Shown piece after piece: positions 23,901 to 36,759 of a stretch of DNA of 64,000 nucleotides; position 1 is the first letter of the stretch; each line of letters begins with the position of its first letter. The notes below the pieces were generated by a model. The model did no database searches. It had not been told where the DNA came from and saw only the letters and a program-made list of their open reading frames with translations. The translations under genes were made by a program, and so were the position numbers. Source of the DNA: Octopus sinensis (lineage: Eukaryota); assembly GCF_006345805.1 (NCBI RefSeq), contig NW_021835970.1, forward strand, positions 35,905 through 99,904. The letters run 5' to 3'.

Positions 23901-26835
23901 TTTCACACGTTTATCACGCACACAAAAAATATTGAACAGATTGTGCCGTTTGAATGTCTCTTTCATCAAAACAGCCACTCGATCACCCACTTGAAAGTGT
24001 TCTGGCCTGATTTGCTGGTTCGGATTAGAAAATATTAAATCATGTGAAAGTTAAGCTGCTTTGACTGTTTCTCATGAGTTTTCGTGTACGATCCGGAATC
24101 GGAAATGGATCGGACAACGGAAATGTGATGCGTCCACCAAAAAGAGCACCAACATTCGAATATCTCCGGTCGACGGAATGTTAAATCTAAGCAAGCAAAA
24201 AAACTGGCTAAGGGTTGTCGCCAAATATGAGTGTGCTCGCTCTACGGATGGGATTTATAAACAAAATATTAAACAAAACATACATAAGAAATTATTTCAA
24301 GTACAATGGGCCTTGTTTATCACTTGGTAGTTTTGTAACTCCTCCTTTGTCATCTCTCTCGATCGACCGTGGAGGTCGACAACAAAATTGGTATAGAAAG
24401 TGTGATCATTGATGTAATGCTCGAACCTCTCATAATAACTATTAAATACTGCAGTGATCTAATAAATATAAACGTTCAGATCAAATTACTTGAAAAAATT
24501 CTTTAAATTCAGGATGGTCAATGAAATGGCGATAATCAGAATCATATGGATTTATGATTGTTTTGTATTAAGTTTTCTAAAAATTTGTTCTTGGGCAAAT
24601 TTAAATCAGTTGTTAAGAAAAGAAAATTTTATTAAAAATATACAAGTGTCCCAAGACTAATTTGACCCACTGTAAATAATTAAAGGAGGACGCGACACTA
24701 TAAACATCCTCTGGCTCACTCATTCGTCCACACTACTATTCAAAATGGGTAATGTGGGCTACAAATAAGGGGACAAAGCAAACGTTTGCTAAAGAATAGT
24801 TATCTTCCAAGTCAGAATCGTCTTCTTCTGGTTCCGAATTCACAAACCTCTCGGGATCCACAGCCAACCAGTTCAACTAAACATTACAACAGCACATACT
24901 CGACTACGAGTGGACACACACTTCCAGCGCCCAGGCCAGAACACTTTCAAGTGGGTGATCGAACCCACTTAAATCAGTTGATTCAAAATATTCACCACCA
25001 TAAACAGGAAGCATTGATTGCATCGCTCTTTATTTATTAAATATTAAATAACATCCGACATAACCCGATCTTATTAACAAATTTAAATACTTTAAAAAAT
25101 ATACCTTTATTTTAGTATGTATCAATGTGCTTATTTAGGGCACTTTTACGTGTTTTTTTATTATTGTGAGCCTACATTTGTCAAACTGATTTTATCGGTT
25201 CGGCTTTTACCCAGCGTACTGGGCTTTTTGTCTGTGGGCTCTTCGCAGCCCTAAGACTGCTGTGCTGCTTTGGCAGACGGACATCACCGTCACGCAAGTG
25301 CGCCAGTGTTCTTGCAATTAATGCAAGTTTTTGCAGCTGGGACACTCGGTTTCGGCTTGGAACTCGGGCAGTTTTGGTGCCTGTGTTCTTTACCGCAGAG
25401 GAGGACAACGGAGTTTTCTGAGCATTCTGTAGGACGTATGTCCAAAATGATTGCAAACGGAAACATCTCGTTGCTGAGGGCTTGTGCAATCGCAGCGGAT
25501 ATGGCTGAAGCCCGCAGTATTCCAAAGCGGACGAAGCAGCATCCTATGGCGAACTGAATTTTAGAATGAAGGTGCCGGACTTCTGTAAGGTTATCCGGGC
25601 TTTGGAAGCAGTTGAGACTTGGATAGGAGGTTTAAACTCTTGATCTTTCCAAGTGCGAGTTTACGATAGTCAGAGAATATGTGAGGTTTGAGCTGTTAAC
25701 CTCAGTAGTCGTCTGATAAAATGGGTCTCACTGTGTTTTTGAGCCACAGTAGGGTTCGGATGTTTGGTGGGTTATTCAGCTTGATGGGTTCGCAAAAAAG
25801 CTGTGGCTTTCCGCTGTTCGTCTTTGAACTTTGGAGCAAGCTTTGATTGATAAAAAAATTTTGTTTATTCTTGACCATTTTTTCTTCTTTCTTGACTATG
25901 CAATGGATTTTCACAGCAATTTGAATTTTCCGAATTTTTCGAGGAATGCCAAAAAGTATCATTCCGAAAATTTTGGTTTATTCCCTCGTCATTTTAAAAA
26001 TAAAATTAAATATTTTTAAAATAATATTTTATTAGCACCATTAAATAATAGGAACTATTTCTTAAATTGATGAATTTTGCGAGATTACAGACTAAATTAC
26101 TAGTGTACTAATTAAAGAAAAAACAGAGAACGATCAGATCCCGGTTCAAAGAATAGCTGCGCGTTGCCGCGCATGAAAACGTTTCCGGACTAAAGTGGAA
26201 GTGAATTATGAATTTGAATTTTATGACTGTGTCAAGAAAAAACCCACCCTTTGCATTCGAGATCTGGAATATTAAGTTGTATTTAAGCGTTATTTAGCAA
26301 ATTAACTCCAAGATGACATTGAAAAAACTGCATCACAATTAACAGAGCTTGGTTCACTTCTTTGGTTGTACAGATCTTTTGTCATACTATATTGGTCAAA
26401 CTATTTATTAAACAGAACGAAAATGATTATCACAATCTAAAGCTACTGATGATCGAGAAGACGTTAACCCTCAGGATCGCAATGGATATTCTTGGAAACA
26501 ACCATTGCTTCTCCCGAGGCTTTCTCCGTCTTCGAGATCAGATTTCCGATTTTCCCGACGAGTTCGAACGATTTTTGGCTCATGACCCCTGAGGTCTCTA
26601 CGGATATTGAGGAGAAGATGAAGTTGTCCAACAGGTTGGAATATTTCTGAACTTTATATACCTCAGCCTTCTCAGCGGCCGACCCTGGACTGAAACGGAG
26701 TCAACTATATTGGTCTTTGAGAAGGTGTCTGTGCACTTGGAGTCCCACGCGAGGCATTTCCCATTACTCCACGGAAAAATGGTGACTCCATCTGGGCGTT
26801 AACCGTCTCCACGGTCAAGCCCAACGGGTTCCAGT
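23460..26835. repeat. 3.4-kb arm duplicated in inverted orientation at 28960-30775 + 34967-36552
   Basis: Continuous reverse-complement match once the Helitron (30776-34966) is removed. Confidence 0.88.
25190..25928 (-). mobile_element. LINE-B ORF1 fragment (gag-like), fused to the histone-type promoter
   Basis: Inverted copy of 29879-30640; KPSATRCF.. Confidence 0.8.
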
Positions 26836-27230
26836 TCTGTCGGGAATCCAGCTGCTTGTAACGCAGCCGAAATAGTCTCGTTGATAGCGGAGTGTCTGGG
26901 AGCACGGCCAGCACTCCTTCTGCATGACAGGGGATGTAGTCCTTTGGTATCGACTTTACTACCACATCGGCATTGGCCCCCCGAACAGACTTTAAGTCCC
27001 AAGCGTATTGCTACGCCAATCCTCACACAGTCATTATCGAGAAAGGTTCCAGATTGGGAGCAAGGGAGGGCATTAAGCCACGCCCCACTTTCAGGTCTGG
27101 CAGCGGCACCGAAACAAGCGAGGCGATGCTGATCCAATGTGGGTCTGATTGCTTCAATTTTAGCTTTCTGAAGATATCATCTCATTCCCATTGGCGTGAA
27201 ATGTTAGATGGAATGGCCAATCCAAAAAAA
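26400..27230 (-). mobile_element. CRE-3 3' portion (CCHC + RLE)
   Basis: QHRLAC..GAWLNALP..CRCG..HPLSC..RH.AIN..EPVGLDRGDG. Confidence 0.9.
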
Positions 27231-27329
27231 TTAAATGTTTTCTATGAAATTTTATTATTTCATCTGACTATAAACAGACAAATACGTGGTGAAATACAAC
27301 ATACTATACAGCAACTGTTCTAAAGGCAA

Positions 27330-28010
27330 TAATTTTACGCAAAATGAATGGCCCACTTTTTACTCGAGTTCAGATTTTATGCGGAGGCTAATAACTTCCA
27401 AATTGAGCATGATGAGCTGAAACCTTTTGGGTCGGGTTGCCATCAAATACGACAGGTTTTGTTACATTCATCGGAGATCTTCTTACTGGCCAAGTAATGA
27501 AGAACTGGAGAAGTATCTATCCCTCTGGGATTTAAAGTGAAATGCTTCATGAAGGATGGAATAAAATTTATCAATAGCAAAGCTGACTATCCTCTTGAGA
27601 GGTGAGGCAAACTCATTAATCCGACTGATAACAAACATTAACTTCAGAAAAATTGACTGCGAATGGTTTTGTTGTTACAAATGTTGTTATAAATGCCAAT
27701 CCTACGGGCATATAGCACGTTATTGCTATGCAGAAATAAGATACTTTACTTGTGGCGGTTCTCATCATAGAAAATAATGCCCAAATCCAAGAGGAAGCAC
27801 AAAACTCTGTATCAATTGTAAATCATCAGAACATTGGGCTACATACGGAGGCTGCCCCTTAGCGAAAAACAACAAAACTACAGAAGCCAATCCGCCTTCT
27901 GATTCCAGATTGTACACGGTCTCTAAGAAAGTCCAAAGTGTGACCTCAGCTTGGAAAAAACAGCAAATTGTAATTAACCGAGAAAGAGAAAGTGACAGGA
28001 ATTAAAGACG
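27330..28010 (+). mobile_element. Degenerate ORF1 (three zinc knuckles) of a further LINE family (D)
   Basis: CYKCQSYGHIARYC, CGGSHH..C, CINCKSSEHWATYGGC. Confidence 0.75.
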
Positions 28011-28089
28011 GTGATAGGACGAGACTGATGTCAAGGCAACTGAACTCTTCTGAGCTTGCGTCCAATTCATCTGTCGTGAGCCAGAGTTA

Positions 28090-28745
28090 ATATTGGCTAT
28101 GTTGCTGAATTGCTCCATTCTAGCAGGAGCTCTTGCAGCATATTCATGTCCACTCCAAGTTTGGTCAGGGCTCCTACATACCAGCGGAAGACTTCCAGTT
28201 GGGAATCTCTGTTGAGTTGGTCCTGATCCGAGTGGGCTCCTCTTTGTGACAAAGCTTTGTCACGGTTGGTTTTTCTCCTCTTATGAGGGACAGCCGAGCG
28301 GACCACTTCTATGTTAGAGCACTCATTAGTGTTTGACTCCGCGTTTGTGAGTGTGCTGTGGGCCGGCGACGTCCGAATAGAGACATCGACTTTGGACGGA
28401 CTTGAGGGAGACCCTTTTGTCCAGACTGATTCTGTGGGATTGGCTTTTACCCAGCGGACTGGGCTTTTGGCTTGTGGGTTCTTCGCAACCATTGAGGCTG
28501 CTGTTGCTGCTTTGGCAGACGGACATCCACCGTAGCACGCCAAGTGCCGAGAGTTCTTGCAGTTAATGCAAGTTTTTGCAGCTGGGACACTTGGTTTCGG
28601 CTTGGAACTCGGGCAGTTTTGGTGCCTGTGTTCTTTATCGCAGAGGAGACAACGGAGTTTTTCCAAGCATCTGTAGGAAGAATGTCCAAACTGATTGCAA
28701 CGAAAGCATCTCGTTGCTGAGGGCTTTTGCCATCCGCAGCGGATA
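28090..28745 (-). mobile_element. LINE-B family ORF1 3' half
   Basis: Three CCHC knuckles; the C-terminus NRDSQLEVF..GALTKLGV..MLQELLL is homologous to the 5' end of the 44-47 kb element. Confidence 0.88.
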
Positions 28746-28962
28746 TCGCTTATTTGAAATCTTCTCATTTATCTTTATTCATTGAATTTTACCTTATTTT
28801 TTTGATAGAAAGTTCTATTCTTTATATTCTTATGGCAAACTTTTATTTATTTGTTCCCGGATTTGGCGATCTTGTATTTTAGCGCCCTAAAATCTAAAAT
28901 GATCAATTTCTACCAAATTTTAATCATTAGTGTTATATTTTTTTTCTAGATTTTTTTTTAAA

Positions 28963-29400
28963 CTGGAACCCGTTGGGCTTGACCGTGGAGACGGTTAACG
29001 CCCAGATGGAGTCACCATTTTTCCGTGGAGTAATGGGAAATGCCTCGCGTGGGACTCCAAGTGCACAGACACCTTCTCAAAGACCAATATAGTTGACTCC
29101 GTTTCAGTCCAGGGTCGGCCGCTGAGAAGGCTGAGGTATATAAAGTTCAGAAATATTCCAACCTGTTGGACAACTTCATCTTCTCCTCAATATCCGTAGA
29201 GACCTCAGGGGTCATGAGCCAAAAATCGTTCGAACTCGTCGGGAAAATCGGAAATCTGATCTCGAGAAGACGGAGAAAGCCTCGGGAGAAGCAATGGTTG
29301 TTCCAAAGAATATCCATTGCGATCCTGAGGGTTAACGTCTTCTCGATCATCAGTAGCTTTAGATTGTGATAATCATTTTCGTTCTGTTTAATAAATAGTT
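28963..29400 (+). mobile_element. CRE-3 3' end (inverted duplicate of 26400-26835)
   Basis: RPDGVTIFPW..VETSGVM..QRISIAILR. Confidence 0.88.
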
Positions 29401-29878
29401 TGACCAATATAGTATGACAAAAGATCTGTACAACCAAAGAGAGTGAACCAAGCTCTGTTAATTGTGATGCAGTTTTTTCAATGTCATCTTGGAGTTAATT
29501 TGCTAAATAACGCTTAAATACAACTTAATATTCCAGATCTCGAATGCAAAGGGTGGGTTTTTCTTTGACACAGTCATAAAATATCAAATTCATAATTCAC
29601 TTCCACTTTAGTCCGGAAACGTTTTCATGCGCGGCAACGCGCAAGCTATTCTTTTGACCGGGATCTGATCGTTCTCTGTTTTTTCTTTAATTAGTACACT
29701 AGTAATTTAGTCTGTAATCTCGCAAAATTCATCAATTTAAGAAATAGTTACTATTATTTAATGGTGCTAATAAAATATTATTTTAAAAATATTTAATTTT
29801 TATTTTTAAAAATGACGAGGGAATAAACCAAAAATTTTCGGAATGATACTTTTTTGCATTACTCGAAAAAATTCGGAA

Positions 29879-30640
29879 AATTCAAAATTGCTGTGAAAAT
29901 CCAGTTGCATAGTCAAGGAAAAGAAAGAAAAAATGGTCAAGAATAAACAAAATTTTTTATCAATCAAAGCTTGCTCCAAAGTTCAAAGACGAACAGCGGA
30001 AAGCCACAGCTTTTTTGCGAACCCATCAAAGCTGAATATCCCACCAAACATCCGAACCCTACTGTGGCTCAAAAACACAGTGAGACCCAATTTTATCAGA
30101 CGACTACTGAGGTTAACAGCTCAAACCTCACATATTCTCTGACTATCGTAAACTCGGCACTTGGAAAGATCAAGAGGTTTAACCTCCTATCCAAGTCTCC
30201 AACTGCTTCCAAAGCCCGGATAACCTTACAGAAGTCCGGCACCTTCATTCTAAAATTCAGTTCGCCATAGGATGCTGCTGCGTCCGCTTTGGAATAACTG
30301 CGGGCTTCAGCCATATCCGCTGCGAATTGCACAAGCCCTCAGCAACGAGATGTTTCCGTTGCAATCAGTTTGGACATACGTCCTACAGATGCTCAGAAAA
30401 ACTCCGTTGTCTCCTCTGCGGTAAAGAACACAGGCACCAAAACTGCCCGAGTTCCAAGCCGAAACCGAGTGTCCCAGCTGCAAAAACTTGCATTAATTGC
30501 AAGAACACTGGGCACTTGGCGTGCTACGGTGGATGTCCGTCTGCCAAAGCAGCAACAGCAGTCTTAAGGGCTGCGAAGAGCCCACAGACAAAAAGCCCAG
30601 TACGCTGGGTAAAAGCCGAACCGATAAAATCAGTTTGACA
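29879..30640 (+). mobile_element. LINE-B ORF1 fragment directly downstream of the histone-type promoter
   Basis: Begins at ..AAAAATTCGGAA|; SGTFILKFSS, GFSHIRCELHKPSATRCFRCNQFGH. Confidence 0.82.
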
Positions 30641-30984
30641 AATGTAGGCTCACAATAATAAAAAAACACGTAAAAGTGCCCTAAATAAGCACATTGATAC
30701 ATACTAAAATAAAGGTATATTTTTTAAAGTATTTAAATTTGTTAATAAGATCGGGTTATGTCGGATGTTATTTAATCTTAATAATAAAATGGTATGCTGT
30801 GTGTCTGTCTGTCTGTGCACACCCACATTCAAATTGTTACAAACCAGATCAAATTGTCAAAACCTTCCCTTTTGTAGTTATTCGATAATGAGGCACAATA
30901 AAAGGTTGATATCCTCTAAGAACCTTCCTGTCAAAAATTTTAATAAGAAAGAATATCCTCGATGATGAGGTCCCCCAAAACCTT

Positions 30985-33325
30985 CAAGTCAATTTTCTGC
31001 GTTTTTGTTAAAATGAACAACAAGAAAGTCCTCGACTCACATGATGTGGTCCCCCAAAACCTTCAAGCCAAAAAATTAAAAAAAATTATTTTCTGCGTTT
31101 TTGTTAAAATGAACAACAAGAAAGTCCTCGACTCACATGATGTGGTCCCCCAAAACCTTCAAGCCAAAAATTAAAAAAATTATTTTCTGCGTTTTTGTTA
31201 AAATGAACAACAAGAAAGTCCTCGACTCACATGATGTGGTCCCCCAAAACCTTCAAGCCAAAAAATTAAAAAAATTTTTTATTTTCTGCGTTTTGTTAAA
31301 ATGAACAACAAGAAAGTCCTCGACTCACATGATGTGGTCCCCCCAAAACTTCAAGCAAAAAATTAAAAAAAATTATTTTCTGCGTTTTTGTTAAAATGAA
31401 CAACAAGAAAGTCCTCGACTCACATGATGTGGTCCCTCAAAACTTTCAAGCCAAAAAATTAAAAAAATTATTTTCTGCGTTTTTGTTAAAATGAACAAGA
31501 AAGTCCTCGACTCACATGATGTGGTCCCCCAAAACCTTCAAGCCAAAAAATTAAAAAAATTATTTTCTGCGTTTTTGTTAAAATGAACAAGAAAGTCCTC
31601 GACTCACATGATGTGGTCCCCCAAAACCTTCAAGCAAAAAATTAAAAAAATTATTTCGCGTTTTGTTAAAATGAACAAGAAAGTCCTCGACTCACATGAT
31701 GTGGTCCCCCAAAACCTTCAAGCCAAAAAATTAAAAAAATTTTTTCTGCGTTTTTGTTAAAATGAACAACAAGAAAGTCCTCGACTCACATGATGTGGTC
31801 CCCCAAAACCTTCAAGGCCAAAAAATTAAAAAAATTATTTTCTGCGTTTTTGTTAAAATGAACAACAAGAAAGTCCTCGACTCACATGATGTGGTCCCCC
31901 AAACTTTCAAGCCAAAAAATTAAAAAAAATTATTTTCTGCGTTTTTGTTAAAATAAACAACAAGAAAGTCCTCGACTCACATGATGTGGTCCCCCAAAAC
32001 CTTCAAGCCAAAAAATTAAAAAAATATTTTCTGCGTTTTTGTTAAAATGAACAACAAGAAAGTCCTCGACTCACATGATGTGGTCCCTCAAAACCTTCAA
32101 GCCAAAAAATTAAAAAAATTATTTTCTGCGTTTTTGTTAAAGTGAACAACAAGAAAGTCCTCGACTCACATGATGTGGTCCCCCAACCTTCAAGCCAAAA
32201 AATTAAAAAAAATTATTTTCTGCGTTTTTGTTAAAATGAACAACAAGAAAGTCCTCGACTCACATGATGTGGTCCCCCAAAACCTTCAAGCAAAAAATTA
32301 AAAAAAATTATTTTCTGCGTTTTTGTTAAAATGAACAACAAGAAAGTCCTCGACTCACATGATGTGGTCCCTCAAAACTTTCAAGCCAAAAAATTAAAAA
32401 AATTATTTTCTGCGTTTTTGTTAAAATGAACAAGAAAGTCCTCGACTCACATGATGTGGTCCCCCAAAACCTTCAAGCCAAAAAATTAAAAAAATTATTT
32501 TCTGCGTTTTTGTTAAAATGAACAAGAAAGTCCTCGACTCACATGATGTGGTCCCCCAAAACCTTCAAGCCAAAAAATTAAACAAATTATTTTCTGCGTT
32601 TTTGTTAAAATGAACAACAAGAAAGTCCTCGACTCACATGATGTGGTCCCCCAAAACCTTCAAGCCAAAAAATTAAAAAAAATTATTTTCTACGTTTTTG
32701 TTAAAATGAACAACAAAAAGTCCTCGACTCACATGATGTGGTCCCCCAAAACCTTCAAGATAAAAAATTAAAAAAATTATTTTCTGCGTTTTTGTAAATG
32801 AACAACAAGAAAGTCCTCGACTCACATGATGTGGTCCCCCAAACTTTCAAGCCAAAAAATTAAAAAAATTATTTTCTGCGTTTTTGTTAAAATAAACAAC
32901 AAGAAAGTCCTCGACTCACATGATGTGGTCCCCCAAAACCTTCAAGCCAAAAAATTAAAAAAATTTTTTCTGCGTTTTTGTTAAAATGAACAACAAGAAA
33001 GTCCTCGACTCACATGATGTGGTCCCTCAAAACCTTCAAGCCAAAAAATTAAAAAAATTATTTTCTGCGTTTTTGTTAAGTGAACACAAGAAAGTCCTCG
33101 ACTCACATGATGTGGTCCCTCAAAACCTTCAAGCAAACCAAAAATTAAAAAAATTATTTTCTGCGTTTTTGTTAAATGAACAACAAGAAAGTCCTCGACT
33201 CACATGATGTGGTCCCCCAAAACCTTCAAGCCAAAAATTAAAAAAAAATATTTTCTGCGTTTTTGTTAAAATGAACGACAAGAAAGTCCTCGACTCACAT
33301 GATGTGGTCCTCCACAACCTTCAAG
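30985..33325 (+). repeat. Tandem array, ~25 x ~95 bp, inside the Helitron
   Basis: Unit TTTTCTGCGTTTTTGTTAAAATGAACAACAAGAAAGTCCTCGACTCACATGATGTGGTCCCCCAAAACCTTCAAGCCAAAAAATTAAAAAAATTA. Confidence 0.97.
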
Positions 33326-33989
33326 CCTCGTGAGGCCATTAATTAGCTTAGCTATCTTTTTCGATGACATAAATTCTTTTTTGTTAAATTTTCGTTAAAA
33401 AAAAAAATAAAAGCTCTAATTGTTATCGACCATGAATAGACTGTGCAATTATCAGATTTTGAAAACCACTAAAAAGGAAAAAGCAAAAATTATTAGAGAT
33501 TTACATAATTGATTCTTTTTAACTGCCGAAACTGACAAATTCGATTATGCTACTGTTTAGATTTCTTAACAGATAGAGGCAAATAAAATTAAATTAGTCA
33601 TGTAAATTTCAATTTGCCTATATTTAAATCTCCTTGATTTAACAGGCTTTAATTTTTTTCCTTATAATACTACAAAGATGAAGCTGATTATCATTTTCTT
33701 TACCGAACAGACAAGTTCGATTATGCTAAAGTTTCAATTCCTTAAACATAGAGGCAATTTAGTATAATGGCTTTGATTGGATAATACACTTTACATAAAT
33801 TTCACTAAATAAATTTACGTAGAAAATTTAATATAATTACTGATTCGCGTTTACAAAATCATAAGAATGTCCTATAAAGAGAGATCTGAGAATGTTAACA
33901 AACAAGAGAATATGAACCATATAACAAAAAAAGAGAAACGAGGGAAGATGTGCTTAAATGGTGAGGGAATTTAGACAACAGCTGAACAA

Positions 33990-34834
33990 GGTCAGGACTG
34001 CTGTTAGACTCAACTACGGGTAATAGAATTATGCATTCTAGGTTAATTGTTTGGGATGAATGTACGATGGCTCATAAAGGCGCATTCAAGCAGTTGACCG
34101 AACATATAGAAATATCAAGAATTGTAGCGACCATTTGTTTGGGGGAGCATTAGTTGTATTGGCAGGTGATTTTAGACAGACGCTGCCAATTATTCAAAGA
34201 GGGACGCCTGCGGATGAATTGAATGCCTGCCTCAAATCGTCATATTTGTGGACACACGTGAAAAAGGTAAGCTTAGATGTAAATGTACATGCACATTTAC
34301 AAGGCGTTAATAGCATATTCCCACAAATCCTTCTAGATATTGGAAATGGGGCAATCACTTCAGAAATGCACGACCAAAAATTAGGCTACCGGAAGAATTA
34401 TGTATTTTCGTAGAAACACAGAAGAATTATGAATGCCGTCTATTCCGAACTATCTGAACACTACGTGAATTTCGACTGGCTGCGTGAACGAGCTATATTA
34501 GCTCCACTTAATGATGAGGTACTTAATATAAATTTAGATTTATTAATGAAAATCCCTGGCAGAGAAAGAATATATAAATCGGTCGACGTTATTATGGACC
34601 ATGAAAGGGCCTGCGATAGATTTAAGAGACTACAATTTCCGCTGAAGATAAGTTTTGCTATGACAATAACAAGGCCCAGGGACAGTCTTTAAAGGTAGTA
34701 GGCTTATTTTAGAGAACGAGTGCTTTTCACATGGCCAGCTGTATGTGGTGCTCAAGGGTAGGTAGAAGAGAAATTTATTTATATTTGCCAAGGATGGACG
34801 GACTGCAAACATCGTTTATCCACAGGCCTTAGAA
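33990..34834 (+). pseudogene. Helitron PIF1-family helicase C-terminal remnant
   Basis: WDECTMAHK, LAGDFRQTLP, RAILAPLN, RLQFPL..FAMTI, HGQLYV. Confidence 0.92.
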
Positions 34835-35850
34835 TAAGGTTATATCAAAGCAGGTCGCATTTATATATCTACATAAATTTATAGTTATTTAAGGAAACTG
34901 CGAGCGTAGCGAGCAGGGCCTCCGCAGGAGCTAGCTCGTAGTGAGCGAAGCGAACTGCTGAGCTAGTATTTAATAAATAAAGAGCGATGCAATCAATGCT
35001 TCCTGTTTATGGTGGTGAATATTTTGAATCAACTGATTTAAGTGGGTTCGATCACCCACTTGAAAGTGTTCTGGCCTGGGCGCTGGAAGTGTGTGTCCAC
35101 TCGTAGTCGAGTATGTGCTGTTGTAATGTTTAGTTGAACTGGTTGGCTGTGGATCCCGAGAGGTTTGTGAATTCGGAACCAGAAGAAGACGATTCTGACT
35201 TGGAAGATAACTATTTCTTTAGCAAACGTTTGCTTTGTCCCCTTATTTGTAGCCCACATTACCCATTTTGATAGTAGTGTGGACGAATTGAGTGAGCCAG
35301 AGGATGTTTATAGTGTCGCGTCCTCCTTGTAATTATTTACAGTGGGTCAAATTAGTCTTGGGACACTTGTATATTTTAATAAAATTTTCTTTTCTTACAA
35401 CTGATTTAAATTTGCCAAGAACAAATTTTTAGAAAACTTAATACAAAACATCATAAATCCATATGATTCTGATTATCGCCATTTCATTGACCATCCTGAA
35501 TTAAGAATTTTTTCAAGTAATTTGATCTGAACGTTTATATTTATTAGATCACTGCAGTATTTAATAGTTATTATGAGAGGTTCGAGCATTACATCAATGA
35601 TCACACTTTCTATACCAATTTTGTTGTCGACCTCCACGGTCGATCGAGAGAGATGACAAAGGAGGAGTTACAAAACTACCAAGTGATAAACAAGGCCCAT
35701 TGTACTTGAAATAATTTCTTATGTATTGTTGTTTTAATATTTTGTTTATAAATCCCATTCCGTAGAGCGAGCACACTCATAATTGGCGACAACCTTAGCC
35801 AGTTTTTTGCTTGCTTAGAATTTAACATTCCGTCGACCGGAGATATTCGA

Positions 35851-36401
35851 ATGTTGGTGCTCTTTTTGGTGGACGCATCACATTTCCGTTGTCCGATCAT
35901 TTCCGATTCCGGATCGTACACGAAAACTCATGAGAAACAGTCAAAGCAGCTTAACTTTCACATGATTAAATATTTTTCTAATCCGAACCAGCAAATCAGG
36001 CCAGAACACTTTCAAGTGGGTGATCGAGTGGCTGTTTTGATGAAAGAGACATTCAAACGGCACAATCTTGTCAATATTTTTTTGTGCTGTGATAAACGTG
36101 TGAAAGTAATAATATGTTTGGTCTATAGTTATAGGACACACTCACAATTGGCGACGACCTTAGCCAGTTTTTCGCTTGCTTAGAATTTAACATTAATTAT
36201 TTTGACTGCTTCGACACATATTTGTGTCCAGAACTCGTTGAAATGATGCAAAAAACTGGCAGCGAAAAGAAGTCATTGAAAGAAACTGCCAAAATCATTC
36301 TGGACTTCGACTTCAAAAATTATGACTCGTGGTCACGAATAAGAGCTGCGCGTGATCTATACTTATTAGTCGATTCTATACGAAACAATAGATTAGATTA
36401 G
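35851..36401 (+). CDS. Gene Y: spliced 173-aa ORF (intron 36106-36134), possibly DEDD 3'-5' exonuclease-like; source of much of repeat R
   Basis: Removing a 29-nt GT..AG intron gives an open frame ..DKRVK|DTLTIGDDL..KSLKETAKIILDF..W..AARDLYLL; inverted twin at ~23630-24150. Confidence 0.5.
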
Positions 36402-36759
36402 TAAATTTTTAAAATTTGTCCGGATTTTATTTTTTTTAACCTCGTGTGCTCTGCAGGCTAAATCAGTTCGATACACCCAAGGCCTGTGACATTATAATTT
36501 ATAAAAATAATATGACAATAATTAAATTCGTGTCAGTCTAAAAAAAATTCTAAATTTTTATACGATTTTTGGAACAACCTGTGTTTTGGAACAATTAATG
36601 TTCCAAACGAAGGTTAGACTGTAACAATAAATTACCACAATAATGTCTTGCAATTCATGTCAGGCATTCCCTCTAGTAAAACAAAATTGGAAATAACTGT
36701 TGATGGCAGTAACGCTCTCCTCAATCAATTTTATCCATTACTCTGAAATATTATTTTAA

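Larger units (their letters stand above)
30776..34966 (+). mobile_element. Helitron, both ends intact, non-autonomous
   Basis: A|TC start and CTAG|T end preceded by GCGTAGC/GCGAAGC mini-hairpins; empty site TGTTATTTAA|TATTTAAT at 41420 and ~25050. Confidence 0.93.

Noticed and set aside
20030-33325. 95-bp tandem arrays as CRISPR arrays
   Set aside because: No unique spacers, no cas genes, eukaryotic context; both arrays lie inside Helitrons.
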